From Nitrosopumilus sp. (lineage in GTDB: Archaea; Thermoproteota; Nitrososphaeria; Nitrososphaerales; Nitrosopumilaceae), in NCBI GenBank assembly GCA_965206745.1, contig OZ242220.1, positions 448,001 to 512,000 of the forward strand: a stretch of DNA of 64,000 bases, in the 5' to 3' direction. Of the stretch, positions 62,118 through 64,000 are shown in pieces. Both the position numbers and the translations under genes were made by a program. Positions within the stretch are counted from its first letter, which is position 1; every line of letters begins with the position of its first letter. The notes under the pieces were generated by a model that was not told where the DNA came from, searched no databases, and worked only from the letters and a program-made list of their open reading frames with translations.

Positions 62118-62873
62118 TTAATTTTTTATTATGTTTTTTAATTTTGTATTGGACTGACAATTCCACTCAAAATAACTTAATATTCTTTGATTCAATTCTT
62201 CCTTGCTTTGTCTCCATTTTGGATATGCATGCTCTAAAATACTGAGAAATCTTTCGTTATGTTTTCTTTCTTTAAGATGTACTAATTCATGTACAAACAC
62301 ATAGTCTATACAGTACAATGGTTGTTTTGCCAACTCTAAGTTAAGCCATATTCGTTTATCTTTGATATTGCATGTTCCCCACTTTGTCTTCATTTTTTTA
62401 ATTTTAACCTCTTTTACCTTAACTCCAACTTTCTTCTCCCATTTTTTGAGTAATTTAGGAATGATTTTTTCTAATTCATCACGATAAAATTTTTCAAATA
62501 TCTTTTGTTTTTGATAAATTGTTGTCTTTGGTTTGGTTGTTAGTTTAATGGATGTTTTTTTAGTAATCTTGATTTCTGGTTTTTCTTCATTTTTTTGTAC
62601 GGTTAATTGATATTTTTTACCAAAAATGTAATGACTTTCACCGCTAACATATTCTCTTTTTGTCTGTCTTTCTTGCTTTGAAAATCTTTCTTTTTGTTTT
62701 TTTAACCATGTAGCTTTTGTTATGAGAAATATTCTGAGAGTTTCATCATTTGTTGCAAGTGGAACAGATACCCTAATTCTTCCATCCGGAGGATATACCC
62801 CGAGATGAATATTCTTAATGTCTTTTCTTATTGTCTCTATTTGCAAATTAGATATCTTGAATCTAGTAGCCAT
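62118..62873 (-). CDS. YgjP/M48-like metallopeptidase (type I RM-associated)
   Basis: MKTKWGTC, VHELVHL..HN..F motifs; overlaps the hsdR stop. Confidence 0.92.
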   Translation of the reverse strand: MATRFKISNLQIETIRKDIKNIHLGVYPPDGRIRVSVPLATNDETLRIFLITKATWLKKQKERFSKQERQTKREYVSGESHYIFGKKYQLTVQKNEEKPEIKITKKTSIKLTTKPKTTIYQKQKIFEKFYRDELEKIIPKLLKKWEKKVGVKVKEVKIKKMKTKWGTCNIKDKRIWLNLELAKQPLYCIDYVFVHELVHLKERKHNERFLSILEHAYPKWRQSKEELNQRILSYFEWNCQSNTKLKNIIKN

Positions 62874-64000
62874 TTTTTGGCTCCTTTATAATCGCAAAGA
62901 TTGAATTTATTGTTCCACCATCTGTAATATTAAATTGCTTTAATGTTTTTTTAACGGCAATGTACACTGTTTTTTCTTTGATCATTGTACCTCTCCAACT
63001 GTCTGCCTTGCTTGCAATAATTGCTTTATCAACTGCTAATGCAATTTCATCATTAGCATTCAAATTATCATAGAGTGCTTGTTTTCCCTTAGAGTCTATA
63101 CTAACAGGATATTTTATATCTCTAGACTGATTTGTTGCTTTCTTGCAAAGTTCTGTAATTTTATCCAGATATTGCTCGTACTTGATAATTTTCTTTTTTC
63201 TTTCAGCAATAAGTTCTTTGAGTAAGATAGACATTCTTTCATAATATTTTGGATTCGTAGGTCTCTCTTCAGTAATTAATCTTCTAACATTGTTTTCAAT
63301 TACTTCAGCAAGTGTGTTTTCGTTTTTACTGATATTTTTTGGAATTTTTGTAATTGTATAATTAATACCTTTTTTTACAATCATTTCAATAAGTGTAAGA
63401 TTATCAAATGCGGATATTTTTTCACTTTCGTTTGCACTAATGTATGTATCAAGTAGATGTCTCATTGCAGGTTCAAATGCCTTCAAATCAATATAATCTC
63501 CACTGGCAAGTTTGATTTCTTGTCTGACTCCAAGATAATGAGTAACCTCTTCTTTGATTTTTAATGCCTCTTTTTTGGTGTACCCTGCAACTGTCATTTC
63601 ATTTGCAAGATTAGAATATGCCCTTAATAATGATGAAGACATTTTGTATAGTGCAACTCTTCTTTGAGCAGTCTTCTTTAGATCAACTTCAGGTGCAAAA
63701 AAGTCAATATAATCGGGTGTTTCTTTTGGTGGTTTGACAGGATCACATAATGCACGAATGTTTTCAAGTTCTGTATCGAGTTTAGTCTTTGCAACTGATA
63801 TTCTATCTTTGAGTATTCCTTTGATATCTACTTTATCGTATCCGTCTAGTGCTTCTGAAGTATAGTCAGTAACTGATTTTTCTAAACTTTTGAAGAGATC
63901 CTTGTAGTCAATGATGTAACCATAGTCCTTGTCATCACCATCTAATCTGTTGACTCTACAAATTGCTTGGAATAGACCATGATCTTTCATTGATTTGTCA
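62863..64000 (-). CDS. hsdR: Type I restriction enzyme R subunit, C-terminal part (truncated by the window end)
   Basis: HGLFQAICRVNRL..DKDYGYIIDY helicase motif VI region; NPKYYERMS; ALYDNL. Confidence 0.93.
   Translation of the reverse strand, partial: DKSMKDHGLFQAICRVNRLDGDDKDYGYIIDYKDLFKSLEKSVTDYTSEALDGYDKVDIKGILKDRISVAKTKLDTELENIRALCDPVKPPKETPDYIDFFAPEVDLKKTAQRRVALYKMSSSLLRAYSNLANEMTVAGYTKKEALKIKEEVTHYLGVRQEIKLASGDYIDLKAFEPAMRHLLDTYISANESEKISAFDNLTLIEMIVKKGINYTITKIPKNISKNENTLAEVIENNVRRLITEERPTNPKYYERMSILLKELIAERKKKIIKYEQYLDKITELCKKATNQSRDIKYPVSIDSKGKQALYDNLNANDEIALAVDKAIIASKADSWRGTMIKEKTVYIAVKKTLKQFNITDGGTINSIFAIIKEPKNGY

Overview
Chromosomal segment of an ammonia-oxidising archaeon (Nitrososphaerota, Nitrosopumilus-like). 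This rests on the gene set (archaeal trpS/pheST/valS, uS11, rtcB, PDCD5-like, PstS with CFI-box-CTERM tail, cupredoxin) and on leaderless TATA-type promoters. A moderately GC-rich core (aminoacyl-tRNA synthetases, aconitase, pdxST, queD, pst/phoU, purB, thiL, phosphohexomutase) is interrupted by visibly AT-rich accessory patches, several at tRNA 3' ends. Highlights: (i) a two-gene Cap4-nuclease + STAND-NTPase (Avs-like) defence locus next to an IS481 remnant at tRNA-Ile; (ii) a ~167-nt two-hairpin RNA with kink-turn/K-loop motifs and a terminal ACA between pheT and an EVE gene; (iii) a two-intron tRNA-Trp whose canonical intron carries C/D-like boxes and an anticodon-antisense element; (iv) an island with an Ig-like-TIR fusion, two PIN proteins and a Zn-finger protein; (v) AIPR plus the end of a type I RM locus; (vi) several microproteins below the ORF-track cutoff, and homopolymer frameshifts. 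All calls come from motif reading by eye; no searches were run.
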